Positions 1-12,600 of a stretch of 64,000 nt of DNA are shown here, piece by piece. The stretch's first letter is position 1. Each line of letters begins with the position of its first letter. The DNA is taken from NCBI RefSeq assembly GCF_009914755.1, contig NC_060933.1. One strand, written 5' to 3'. The notes under the pieces are model-generated. The model did no database searches, had not been told where the DNA came from, and worked only from the letters and a program-made list of their open reading frames with translations. The position numbers and the translations under genes were made by a program. Origin of the DNA: the human T2T-CHM13v2.0 reference genome, Homo sapiens.

Positions 1-394
1 GAAACACTCTTTTTGTAGAATCTGCAGGTGGATATTCGGATAGCTTTGAAGGTTTCGTTGGAAACGGGAATATCTTCATATAAAATCTACACGGAAGCAT
101 TCTCAGAAACTGCTTTGTGATGTTCTCATTCAAGTCACAGAGTAGAATGTTCCCTGTTATATACCAGGTTTGAGACACTCTTTCTGCACTACCTGGAAGT
201 GGACGTTTGGAGCGCTTTGAGGCGTATGTTGAAAAAGGAAATATCTTCCCATAAAAACTAGACAGAAGCATTCTCAGAAACTTATTTGCGATGTGTGTTC
301 TCAACTAAAAGAGTTGAACCTTTGTTTGGATACAGCACTTTGGAAACACTCTTTTTGTAGAATCTGCAAGTGGATATTTGGATAGCTTTGAAGG

Positions 395-411
395 TTTCGT
401 TGGAAACGGGA
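395..411 (+). promoter_or_regulatory. CENP-B box in monomer C (representative; present in most C/C'/C'' copies)
   Basis: TTTCGTTGGAAACGGGA matches the canonical YTTCGTTGGAARCGGGA. Confidence 0.97.
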
Positions 412-736
412 ATATCTTCATATAAAATCAAGACAGAAGCATTCTCAGAAACTTCTCTGTGATGTTTGCATTCAACTCATAGAGTTGAACACTTCCCTTC
501 ATACAGCAGGTTTGAAACACTCTTTTTCTAATATTTGGAAGTGGACATTTGCAGCGCTTTGAGGCCTATGTTGAAAAAGGAAATATCTTCTCCTAAAAAC
601 CAGACAGAAGCATTCTCAGAAACTTCCTTGTGATGTGTGTACTCAAGTAACAGAGTTGAACCTTCCTTTTGACAGAGCAGTTTTGAAGCACTCTTTTTGT
701 AGAATCTGCAAGTGGATATTTTGATACCTTTGAGGA

Positions 737-753
737 TTTCGTTGGACACGGGA
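737..753 (+). promoter_or_regulatory. Variant CENP-B box in monomer E (representative)
   Basis: TTTCGTTGGACACGGGA keeps all nine core positions of nTTCGnnnnAnnCGGGn, so it is predicted to be bindable. Confidence 0.85.
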
Positions 754-906
754 TATCTTCATATAAAATCTAGACAGAAGCATTCTCAGAAACTTCTTTG
801 TGCTGTATGTCCTCAATTAACAGAGTTGAACCTTTGTGTGGATACAGCATTTTGGAAACATTCCTTTAGTAGAATCTGCAAGTTGATATTTAGATAGCTA
901 GGAAGA

Positions 907-923
907 TTTCCTTGGAAACGGGA
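907..923 (+). promoter_or_regulatory. Degenerate (predicted non-binding) CENP-B box in monomer F (representative)
   Basis: TTTCCTTGGAAACGGGA has the core TTCG changed to TTCC. This change is present in every F copy I read. Confidence 0.85.
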
Positions 924-1248
924 ATATCTTCATATAAAATCTAGACGGAAGCATTCTCAGAAAGTGCTTTGTGATGTTTGCATTCAAGTCACAGAGTTGA
1001 ATATTCCCTTTAATAGAGCAGGTTTGAAACACTGTTTCTGCACTACCTGGAAGTGGACATTTGGAGCGCTTTGAGGCCTATGTTGAAAAAGGTAATATCT
1101 TCCCATAAAAACTAGACAGAAGCATTCTCAGAAACTTGTTTGTGATGTGTGTATTCAACTAACAGAGATGAACCTTTCTTTTTACAGAGCAGTTTTGAAA
1201 CACTCTTTTTGTGGAATCTGAAAGTGGATATTTGGATAGCTTTGAGGA

Positions 1249-1265
1249 TTTCGTTGGAAACGGGA
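1249..1265 (+). promoter_or_regulatory. CENP-B box in monomer A (representative; present in most A copies)
   Basis: TTTCGTTGGAAACGGGA, followed by the shortened TTACATATAAAA tail that makes monomer A ~167 bp. Confidence 0.97.
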
Positions 1266-1415
1266 TTACATATAAAACCTAGAGAGAAGCATTCTCAGGA
1301 ACTTCTTTGTGATGTTTGCATTCAAGTCACAGAACTGAACATTCCCTTTCATAGAGCAGGTTTGAAACACTCTTTCTGTAGTATCTGCAAGCTGACGTTT
1401 CAAGCGCTTTCAGGC

Positions 1416-1432
1416 CTATGGTGAGAAAGGAA
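1416..1432 (+). promoter_or_regulatory. pJalpha-type (A-box) motif at the box position of monomer B (representative; related motifs in D and G)
   Basis: CTATGGTGAGAAAGGAA resembles the pJalpha-type consensus CTAYGGTGRAAAAGGAA and sits at the position homologous to the CENP-B box. Confidence 0.7.
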
Positions 1433-1801
1433 ATATCTTCAAGTAAAAACTAGACAGAAGCATTCTCAGAAACTTATTTGCCATGTGTGTTCTCAACTAA
1501 CAGAGTTGAACCTTTGTTTTGATACGGCATTTTGGAAACACTCTTTTTGTAGAATCTGCAGGTGGATATTCGGATAGCTTTGAAGGTTTCGTTGGAAACG
1601 GGAATATCTTCATATAAAATCTAGACGGAAGCATTCTCAGAAACTGCTTTGTGATGTTTTCATTCAAGTCACAGAGTAGATGTTCCCTGTTATATACCAG
1701 GTTTGAGACACTCTTTCTGCACTACCTGGAAGTGGACGTTTGGAGCGCTTTGAGGCGTATGTTGAAAAAGGAAATATCTTCCCATAAAAACTAGACAGAA
1801 G

Positions 1802-2481
1802 CATTCTCAGAAACTTGTTTGTGATGTGTGTATTCAACTAACAGAGATGAACCTTTCTTTTTACAGAGCAGTTTTGAAACACTCTTTTTGTGGAATCTGA
1901 AAGTGGATATTTGGATAGCTTTGAGGATTTCGTTTGAAAAGGGATTACATATAAAATCTAGAGAAAAGCATTCTCAGGAACTTCTTTGTGATGTTTGCAT
2001 TCACGTCACAAAACTGAACATTCCCTTTCATACAGCATGTTTGAAACACTCTTTCTGTAGTATCTGCAAACGGACATTTCAAACGCTTTCAGGCCTATGG
2101 TGAGAAAGGAAATATCTTCAAATAAAAACTAGACAGAAGCATTCTCAGAAACTTATTTGCGATGTGTGTCCTCAACTAACAGAGTTGAACCTTTCTTTTG
2201 ATACAACATTTTGGAACCACTCTTTTTGTAGAATCTGCAAGTGGATATTTGGATAGCTTTGAAGGTTTCGTTGGAAACGGGAATATCTTCATATAAAATC
2301 AAGACAGAAGCATTCTCAGAAACTTCTCTGTGATGTTTGCATTCAACTCATAGAGTTGAACACTTCCCTTCATACAGCAGGTTTGAAACACTCTTTTTGT
2401 AATATTTGGAAGTGGACATTTGCAGCGCTTTGAGGCCTATGATGAAAAAGGAAATATCTCCCCATAAAAACTAGACAGAAG
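1802..2481 (+). repeat. Representative 4-mer type 2: A-B-C''-D' (680 bp)
   Basis: B carries CATTCACGTC and GCAAACGGAC. C'' carries TGTCCTCAAC and GATACAAC. D' is a D monomer ending in GATGAAAAAGG...CCCATAAAAACTAG, like G rather than D. Confidence 0.92.
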
Positions 2482-3673
2482 CATTCTCAGAAACTTGTTT
2501 GTGATGTGTGTATTCAACTAACAGAGATGAACCTTTCTTTTTACAGAGCAGTTTTGAAACACTCTTTTTGTGGAATCTGAAAGTGGATATTTGGATAGCT
2601 TTGCGGATTTCGTTGGAAACGGGATTACATATAAAATCTAGGGAGAAGCATTCTCAGGAACTTCTTTGTGATGTTTGCATTCAAGTCACAGAACTGAACA
2701 TTCCCTTTCATAGAGCAGGTTTGAAACACTCTTTCTGTAGTATCTGCAAGCGGACGTTTCAAGCGCTTTCAGGCCTGTGGTGAAAAAGGAAATATCTTCA
2801 AATAAAAACTAGACAGAAGCATTCTCAGAAACTTATTTGCGATGTGTGTTCTCAACTAAAAGAGTTGAACCTTTGTTTGGATACAGCACTTTGGAAACAC
2901 TCTTTTTGTAGAATCTGCAAGTGGATATTTGGATAGCTTTGAAGGTTTCGTTGGAAACGGGAATATCTTCATATAAAATCAAGACAGAAGCATTCTCAGA
3001 AACTTCTCTGTGATGTTTGCATTCAACTCATAGAGTTGAACACTTCCCTTCATACAGCAGGTGTGAAACACTCTTTTTCTAATATTTGGAAGTGGACATT
3101 TGCAGCGCTTTGAGGCCTATGTTGAAAAAGGAAATATCTTCTCCTAAAAACCAGACAGAAGCATTCTCAGAAACTTCCTTGTGATGTGTGTACTCAAGTA
3201 ACAGAGTTGAACCTTCCTTTTGACAGAGCAGTTTTGAAGCACTCTTTTTGTAGAATCTGCAAGTGGATATTTTGATACCTTTGAGGATTTCGTTGGACAC
3301 GGGATATCTTCATATAAAATCTAGACAGAAGCATTCTCAGAAACTTCTTTGTGCTGTATGTCCTCAATTAACAGAGTTGAACCTTTGTGTGGATACAGCA
3401 TTTTGGAAACATTCCTTTAGTAGAATCTGCAAGTTGATATTTAGATAGCTAGGAAGATTTCCTTGGAAACGGGAATATCTTCATATAAAATCTAGATGGA
3501 AGCATTCTCAGAAAGTGCTTTGTGATGTTTGCATTCAAGTCACAGAGTTGAATATTCCCTTTTATAGAGCAGGTTTGAAACACTCTTTCTGCACTACCTG
3601 GAAGTGGACATTTGGAGCGCTTTGAGGCCTATGTAGAAAAAGGAAATATCTTCCCATAAAAACTAGACAGAAG
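2482..3673 (+). repeat. Representative basic 7-mer HOR unit A-B-C-D-E-F-G (1192 bp)
   Basis: Monomer-A anchors at 2508 and 3700 are 1192 bp apart, with seven distinguishable monomers between them. Spacings of 1186-1192 bp recur across the window. Confidence 0.95.
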
Positions 3674-6600
3674 CATTCTCAGAAACTTGTTTGTGATGTG
3701 TGTATTCAACTAACAGAGATGAACCTTTCTTTTTACAGAGCAGTTTTGAAACACTCTTTTTGTGGAATCTGAAAGTGGATATTTGGATAGCTTTGAGGAT
3801 TTCGTTGGAAACGGGATTACATATAAAACCTAGAGAGAAGCATTCTCAGGAACTTCTTTGTGATGTTTGCATTCAAGTCACAGAACTGAACATTCCCTTT
3901 CATAGAGCAGGTTTGAAACACTCTTTCTGTAGTATCTGCAAGCTGACGTTTCAAGCGCTTTCAGGCCTATGGTGAGAAAGGAAATATCTTCAAGTAAAAA
4001 CTAGACAGAAGCATTCTCAGAAACTTATTTGCCATGTGTGTTCTCAACTAACAGAGTTGAACCTTTGTTTTGATACGGCATTTTGGAAACACTCTTTTTG
4101 TAGAATCTGCAGGTGGATATTCGGATAGCTTTGAAGGTTTCGTTGGAAACGGGAATATCTTCATATAAAATCTAGACGGAAGCATTCTCAGAAACTGCTT
4201 TGTGATGTTTTCATTCAAGTCACAGAGTAGAATGTTCCCTGTTATATACCAGGTTTGAGACACTCTTTCTGCACTACCTGGAAGTGGACGTTTGGAGCGC
4301 TTTGAGGCCTATGTTGAAAAAGGAAATATCTTCCCATAAAAACTAGACAGAAGCATTCTCAGAAACTTGTTTGTGATGTGTGTATTCAACTAACAGAGAT
4401 GAACCTTTCTTTTTACAGAGCAGTTTTGAAACACTCTTTTTGTGGAATCTGAAAGTGGTTATTTGGATAGCTTTGAGGATTTCGTTTGAAACGGGATTAC
4501 ATATAAAATCTAGAGAGAAGCATTCTCAGGAACTTCTTTGTGATGTTTGCATTCACGTCACAAAACTGAACATTCCCTTTCATAGAGCATGTTTGAAACA
4601 CTCTTTCTGTAGTATCTGCAAACGGACATTTCAAACGCTTTCAGGCCTATGTTGAGAAAGGAAATATCTTCAAATAAAAACTAGACAGAAGCATTCTCAG
4701 AAACTTATTTGCGATGTGTGTCCTCAACTAACAGAGTTGAACCTTTCTTTTGATACAACATTTTGGAACCACTCTTTTTGTAGAATCTGCAAGTGGATAT
4801 TTGGATAGCTTTGAAGGTTTCGTTGGAAACGGGAATATCTTCATATAAAATCAAGACAGAAGCATTCTCAGAAACTTCTCTGTGATGTTTGCATTCAACT
4901 CATAGAGTTGAACACTTCCCTTCATACAGCAGGTTTGAAACACTCTTTTTGTAATATTTGGAAGTGGACATTTGCAGCGCTTTGAGGCCTATGATGAAAA
5001 AGGAAATATCTTCCCATAAAAACTAGACAGAAGCATTCTCAGAAACTTGTTTGTGATGTGTGTATTCAACTAACAGAGATGAACCTTTCTTTTTACAGAG
5101 CAGTTTTGAAACACTCTTTTTGTGGAATCTGAAAGTGGATATTTGGATAGCTTTGCGGATTTCGTTGGAAACGGGATTACATATAAAATCTAGGGAGAAG
5201 CATTCTCAGGAACTTCTTTGTGATGTTTGCATTCAAGTCACAGAACTGAACATTCCCTTTCATAGAGCAGGTTTGAAACACTCTTTCTGTAGTATCTGCA
5301 AGCGGACGTTTGAAGAGCTTTCAGGCCTGTGGTGAAAAAGGAAATATCTTCAAATAAAAACTAGACAGAAGCATTCTCAGAAACTTATTTGCGATGTGTG
5401 TCCTCAACTAACAGAGTTGAACCTTTCTTTTGATACAACATTTTGGAACCACTCTTTTTGTAGAATCTGCAAGTGGATATTTGGATAGCTTTGAAGGTTT
5501 CGTTGGAAACGGGAATGTCTTCATATAAAATCAAGACAGAAACATTCTCCGAAACTTCTCTGTGATGTTTGCATTCAACTCATAGAGTTGAACACTTCCC
5601 TTCATACAGCAGTTTTGAAACACTCTTTTTCTAATATTTGGAAGTGGACATTTGCAGCGCTTTGAGGCCTATGTTGAAAAAGGAAATATCTTCTCCTGAA
5701 AACCAGACAGAAGCATTCTCAGAAACTTCCTTGTGATGTGTGTACTCAAGTAACAGAGTTGAACCTTCCTTTTGAAAGAGCAGTTTGGAAGCACTCTTTT
5801 TGTAGAATCTGCAAGTGGATATTTTGATACCTTTGAGGATTTCGTTGGACACGGGATATCTTCATATAAAATCTAGACAGAAGCATTCTCAGAAACTTCT
5901 TTGTGCTGTATGTCCTCAATTAACAGAGTTGAACCTTTGTGTGGATACAGCATTTTGGAAACATTCCTTTAGTAGAATCTGCAAGTTGATATTTAGATAG
6001 CTAGGAAGATTTCCTTGGAAACGGGAATATCTTCATATAAAATCTAGACGGAAGCATTCTCAGAAAGTGCTTTGTGATGTTTGCATTCAAGTCACAGAGT
6101 TGAATATTCCCTTTTATAGAGCAGGTTTGAAACACTCTTTCTGCACTACCTGGAAGTGGACATTTGGAGCGCTTTGAGGCCTATGTTGAAAAACGAAATA
6201 TCTTCCCATAAAAACTAGACAGAAGCATTCTCAGAAACTTGTTTGTGATGTGTGTATTCAACTAACAGAGATGAACCTTTCTTTTTACAGAGCAGTTTTG
6301 AAACACTCTTTTTGTGGAATCTTAAAGTGGATATTTGGATAGCTTTGAGGATTTCGTTGGAAACGGGATTACATATAAAACCTAGAGAGAAGCATTGTCA
6401 GGAACTTCTTTGTGATGTTTGCATTCAAGTCACAGAACTGAACATTCCCTTTCATAGAGCAGGTTTGAAACACTCTTTCTGTAGTATCTGCAAGCTGACG
6501 TTTCATGCGTTTTCAGGCATATGGTGAGAAAGGAAATATCTTCAAGTAAAAACTAGACAGAAGCATTCTCAGAAACTTATTTGCCATGTGTGTTCTCAAC

Positions 6601-9600
6601 TAACAGAGTTGAACCTTTGTTTTGATACGGCATTTTGGAAACACTCTTTTTGTAGAATCTGCAGGTGGATATTCGGATAGCTTTGAAGGTTTCGTTGGAA
6701 ACGGGAATATCTTCATATAAAATCAAGACAGAAACTTTCTCAGAAACTTCTCTGTGATGTTTGCATTCAATTCATAGAGTTGAACACTTCCCTTCATACA
6801 GCAGGTTTGAAACACTCTTTTTCTAATATTTGGAAGTGGACATTTGCAGCGCTTTGAGGCCTATGTTGAAAAAGGAAATATCTTCTCCTAAAAACCAGAC
6901 AGAAGCATTCTCAGAAACTTCCTTGTGATGTGTGTACTCAAGTAACAGAGTTGAACCTTCCTTTTGAAAGAGCAGTTTTGAAGCACTCTTTTTGTAGAAT
7001 CTGCAAGTGGATATTTTGATACCTTTGAGGATTTCGTTGGACACGGGATATCTTCATATAAAATCTAGACAGAAGCATTCTCAGAAAGTTCTTTGTGCTG
7101 TATGTCCTCAATTAACAGAGTTGAACCTTTGTGTGGATACAGCATTTTGGAAACATTCCTTTAGTAGAATCTGCAAGTTGATATTTAGATAGCTAGGAAG
7201 ATTTCCTTGGAAACGGGAATATCTTCATATAAAATCTAGACGGAAGCATTCTCAGAAAGTGCTTTGTGATGTTTGCATTCAAGTCACAGAGTTGAATATT
7301 CCCTTTTATAGAGCAGGTTTGAAACACTCTTTCTGCACTACCTGGAAGTGGACATTTGGAGCGCTTTGAGGCCTATGTTGAAAAAGGAAATATCTTCCCA
7401 TAAAAACTAGACAGAAGCATTCTCAGAAACTTGTTTGTGATGTGTGTATTCAACTAACAGAGATGAACCTTTCTTTTTACAGAGCAGTTTTGAAACACTT
7501 TTTTTGTGGAATCTGAAAGTGGTTATTTGGATAGCTTTGAGGATTTCGTTGGAAACGGGATTACATATAAAACCTAGAGAGAAGCATTCTCAGGAACTTC
7601 TTTGTGATGTTTGCATTCAAGTCACAGAACTGAACATTCCCTTTCATAGAGCATGTGTGAAACACTCTTTCTGTAGTATCTGCAAACGGACATTTCAAAC
7701 GCTTTCAGGCCTATGGTGAGAAAGGAAATATCTTCAAATAAAAACTAGACAGAAGAATTCTCAGAAACTTATTTGCGATGTGTGTCCTCAACTAACAGAG
7801 TTGAACCTTTCTTTTGATACAACGTTTTGGAACCACTCTTTTTGTAGAATCTGCAAGTGGATATTTGGATAGCTTTGAAGGTTTCATTGGAAACTGGAAT
7901 ATCTTCATATAAAAACAAGACAGAAGCATTCTCAGAAACTTCTCTGTGATGTTTGCATTCAACTCATAGAGTTGAACACTTCCCTTCATACAGCAGGTTT
8001 GAAACACTCTTTTTGTAATATTTGGAAGTGGACATTTGCAGCGCTTTGAGGCCTATGATGAAAAAGGAAATATCTTCCCATAAAAACTAGACAGAAGCAT
8101 TCTCAGAAACTTGTTTGTGATGTGTGTATTCAACTAACAGAGATGAACCTTTCTTTTTACAGAGCAGTTTTGAAACACTCTTTTTGTGGAATCTGAAAGT
8201 GGATATTTGGATAGCTTTGCGGATTTCGTTGGAAACGGGATTACATATAAAATCTAGGGAGAAGCATTCTCAGGAACTTCTTTGTGATGTTTGCGTTCAA
8301 GTCACAGAACTGAACATTCCCTTTCATAGAGCAGGTTTGAAACACTCTTTCTGTAGTATCTGCAAGCGGACGTTTGAAGCGTTTTCAGGCCTGTGGTGAA
8401 AAAGGAAATATCTTCAAATAAAAACTAGACAGAAGCATTCTCAGAAACTTATTTGCGATGTGTGTTCTCAACTAAAAGAGTTGAACCTTTGTTTGGATAC
8501 AGCACTTTGGAAACACTCTTTTTGTAGAATCTGCAAGTGGATATTTGGATAGCTTTGAAGGTTTCGTTGGAAACGGGAATATCTTCATATAAAATCAAGA
8601 CAGAAGCATTCTCAGAAACTTCTCTGTGATGTTTGCATTCAACTCATAGAGTTGAACACTTCCCTTCATACAGCAGGTTTGAAACACTCTTTTTCTAATA
8701 TTTGGAAGTGGACATTTGCAGCGCTTTGAGGCCTATGTTGAAAAAGGAAATATCTTCTCCTAAAAACCAGACAGAAGCATTCTCAGAAACTTCCTTGTGA
8801 TGTGTGTACTCAAGTAACAGAGTTGAACCTTCCTTTTGAAAGAGCAGATTTGAAGCACTCTTTTTGTAGAATCTGCAAGTGGATATTTTGATACCTTTGA
8901 GGATTTCGTTGGACACGGGATATCTTCATATAAAATCTAGACAGAAGCATTCTCAGAAACTTCTTTGTGCTGTATGTCCTCAATTAACAGAGTTGAACCT
9001 TTGTGTGGATACAGCATTTTGGAAACATTCCTTTAGTAGAATCTGCAAGTTGATATTTAGATAGCTAGGAAGATTTCCTTGGAAACGGGAATATCTTCAT
9101 ATAAAATCTAGACGGAAGCATTCTCAGAAAGTGCTTTGTGATGTTTGCATTCAAGTCACAGAGTTGAATATTCCCTTTAATAGAGCAGGTTTGAAACACT
9201 CTTTCTGCACTACCTGGAAGTGGACATTTGGAGCGCTTTGAGGCCTATGTTGAAAAAGGAAATATCTTCCCATAAAAACTAGACAGAAGCATTCTCAGAA
9301 ACTTGTTTGTGATGTGTGTATTCAACTAACAGAGATGAACCTTTCTTTTTACAGAGCAGTTTTGAAACACTCTTTTTGTGGAATCTGAAAGTGGATATTT
9401 GGATAGCTTTGAGGATTTCGTTGGAAACGGGATTACATATAAAACCTAGAGAGAAGCATTCTCAGGAACTTCTTTGTGATGTTTGCATTCAAGTCACAGA
9501 ACTGAACATTCCCTTTCATAGAGCAGGTTTGAAACACTCTTTCTGTAGTATCTGCAAGCGGACGTTTCAAGCACTTTCAGGCCTATGGTGAGAAAGGAAA

Positions 9601-12600
9601 TATCTTCAAGTAAAAACTAGACAGAAGCATTCTCAGAAACTTATTTGCCATGTGTGTTCTCAACTAACAGAGTTGAACCTTTGTTTTGATACGGCATTTT
9701 GGAAACACTCTTTTTGTAGAATCTGCAGGTGGATATTCGGATAGCTTTGAAGGTTTCGTTGGAAACGGGAATATCTTCATATAAAATCTAGACGGAAGCA
9801 TTCTCAGAAACTGCTTTGTGATGTTTTCATTCAAGTCACAGAGTAGAATGTTCCCTGTTATATACCAGGTTTGAGACACTCTTTCTGCACTACCTGGAAG
9901 TGGACGTTTGGAGCGCTTTGAGGCGTATGTTGAAAAAGGAAATATCTTCCCATAAAAACTAGACAGAAGCATTCTCAGAAACTTGTTTGTGATGTGTGTA
10001 TTCAACTAACAGAGATGAACCTTTCTTTTTACAGAGCAGTTTTGAAACACTCTTTTTGTGGAATCTGAAAGTGGATATTTGGATAGCTTTGAGGATTTCG
10101 TTGGAAACGGGATTACATATAAAATCTAGAGAGAAGCATTCTCAGGAACTTCTTTGTGATGTTTGCATTCACGTCACAGAACTGAACATTCGCTTTCATA
10201 GAGCATGTTTGAAACACTCTTTCTGTAGTATCTGCAAACGGACATTTCAAACGCTTTCCGGCCTATGGTGAGAAAGGAAATATCTTCAAATAAAAACTAG
10301 ACAGAAGCATTCTCAGAAACTTATTTGCGATGTGTGTCCTCAACTAACAGAGTTGAACCTTTCTTTTGATACAACATTTTGGAAACACTCTTTTTGTAGA
10401 ATCTGCAAGTGGATATTTGGATAGCTTTGAAGGTTTCGTTGGAAACGGGAATATCTTCATATAAAATCAAGACAGAAGCATTCTCAGAAACTTCCCTGTG
10501 ATGTTTGCATTCAACTCATAGAGTTGAACACTTCCCTTCATACAGCAGGTTTGAAACACTCTTTTTGTAATATTTGGAAGTGGACATTTGCAGCGCTTTG
10601 AGGCCTATGATGAAAAAGGAAATATCTTCCCATAAAAACTAGACAGAAGCATTCTCAGAAACTTGTTTGTGATGTGTGTATTCAACTAACAGAGATGAAC
10701 CTTTCTTTTTACAGAGCAGTTTTGAAACACTCTTTTTGTGGAATCTGAAAGTGGATATTTGGATAGCTTTGGGGATTTCGTTGGAAACGGGATTACATAT
10801 AAAATCTAGGGAGAAGCATTCTCAGGAACTTCTTTGTGATGTTTGCATTCAAGTCACAGAACTGAACATTCCCTTTCATAGAGCAGGTTTGAAACACTCT
10901 TTCTGTAGTATCTGCAAGCGGACGTTTCAAGCGCTTTCAGGCCTGTGGTGAAAAAGGAAATATCTTCAAATAAAAACTAGACAGAAGCATTCTCAGAAAC
11001 TTATTTGCGATGTGTGTTCTCAACTAAAAGAGTTGAACCTTTGTTTGTTTACAGCACTTTGGAAACATTCTTTTTGTAGAATCTGCAAGTGGATATTTGG
11101 ATAGCTTTGAATGTTTCGTTGGAAACGGGAATATCTTCATATAAAATCAAGACAGAAGCATTCTCAGAAACTTCTCTGTGATGTTTGCATTCAACTCATA
11201 GAGTTGAACACTTCCCTTCATACAGCAGGTTTGAAACACTCTTTTTCTAATATTTGGAAGTGGACATTTGCAGCGCTTTGAGGCCTATGTTGAAAAAGGA
11301 AATATCTTCTCCTAAAAACCAGACAGAAGCATTCTCAGAAACTTCCTTGTGATGTGTGTACTCAAGTAACAGAGTTGAACCTTCCTTTTGACAGAGCAGT
11401 TTTGAAGCACTCTTTTTGTAGAATCTGCAAGTGGATATTTTGATACCTTTGAGGATTTCGTTGGACACGGGATATCTTCATATAAAATCTAGACAGAAGC
11501 ATTCTCAGAAAATTCTTTGTGCTGTATGTCCTCAATTAACTGAGTTGAACCTTTGTGTGGATACAGCATTTTGGAAACATTCCTTTAGTAGAATCTGCAA
11601 GTTGATATTTAGATAGCTAGGAAGATTTCCTTGGAAACGGGAATATCTTCATATAAAATCTAGACGGAAGCATTCTCAGAAAGTGCTTTGTGATGTTTGC
11701 ATTCAAGTCACAGAGTTGAATATTCCCTTTTATAGAGCAGGTTTGAAACACTCTTTCTGCACTACCTGGAAGTGGACATTTGGAGCGCTTTGAGGCCTAT
11801 GTTGAAAAAGGAAATATCTTCGCATAAAAACTAGACAGAAGCATTCTCAGAAACTTGTTTGTGATGTGTGTATTCAACTAACAGAGATGAACCTTTCTTT
11901 TTACAGAGCAGTTTTGAAACACTCTTTTTGTGGAATCTGAAAGTGGATATTTGGATAGCTTTGAGGATTTCGTTGGAAACGGGATTACATATAAAACCTA
12001 GAGAGAAGCATTCTCAGGAACTTCTTTGTGATGTTTGCCTTCAAGTCACAGGACTGAACATTCCCTTTCATAGAGCAGGTTTGAAACACTCTTTCCGTAG
12101 TATCTGCAAGCTGACGTTTCAAGCGCTTTCAGGCCTATGGTGAGAAAGGAAATATCTTCAAGTAAAAACTAGACAGAAGCATTCTCAGAAACTTATTTGC
12201 CATGTGTGTTCTCAACTAACAGAGTTGAACCTTTGTTTTGATACGGCATTTTGGAAACACCCTTTTTGTAGAATCTGCAGGTGGATATTCGGATAGCTTT
12301 GAAGGTTTCGTTGGAAACGGGAATATCTTCATATAAAATCTAGACGGAAGCATTCTCAGAAACTGCTTTGTGATGTTTTCATTCAAGTCACAGTGTAGAA
12401 TGTTCCCTGTTATATACCAGGTTTGAGACACTCTTTCTGCACTACCTGGAAGTGGACGTTTGGAGCACTTTGAGGCCTATGTTGAAAAAGGAAATATCTT
12501 CCCATAAAAACTAGACAGAAGCATTCTCAGAAACTTGTTTGTGATGTGTGTATTCAACTAACAGAGATGAACCTTTCTTTTTACAGAGCAGTTTTGAAAC

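Larger units (their letters stand above)
1123..1801 (+). repeat. Representative 4-mer type 1: A-B-C'-G' (~680 bp)
   Basis: C' is marked by TTTGCCATG, GATACGGC and GCAGGTGGATATTCGG. G' is marked by AAACTGCTTTG and GTTCCCTGTTATATACCAGG. This copy is 679 bp (1-bp deletion near 1680). Confidence 0.92.
1123..3673 (+). repeat. Representative composite 15-mer HOR (4+4+7; 2551-2552 bp)
   Basis: The anchor pattern 680+680+1192 is seen at 1123-3673, 3674-6225, 9290-11841, 18305-20856, 20857-23408 and 23409-25957. Confidence 0.93.

Noticed and set aside
419-428. TATAAAA TATA-box-like motif after each box-type monomer
   Set aside because: It is part of the alphoid consensus in AT-rich DNA, and there is no independent evidence of promoter function.
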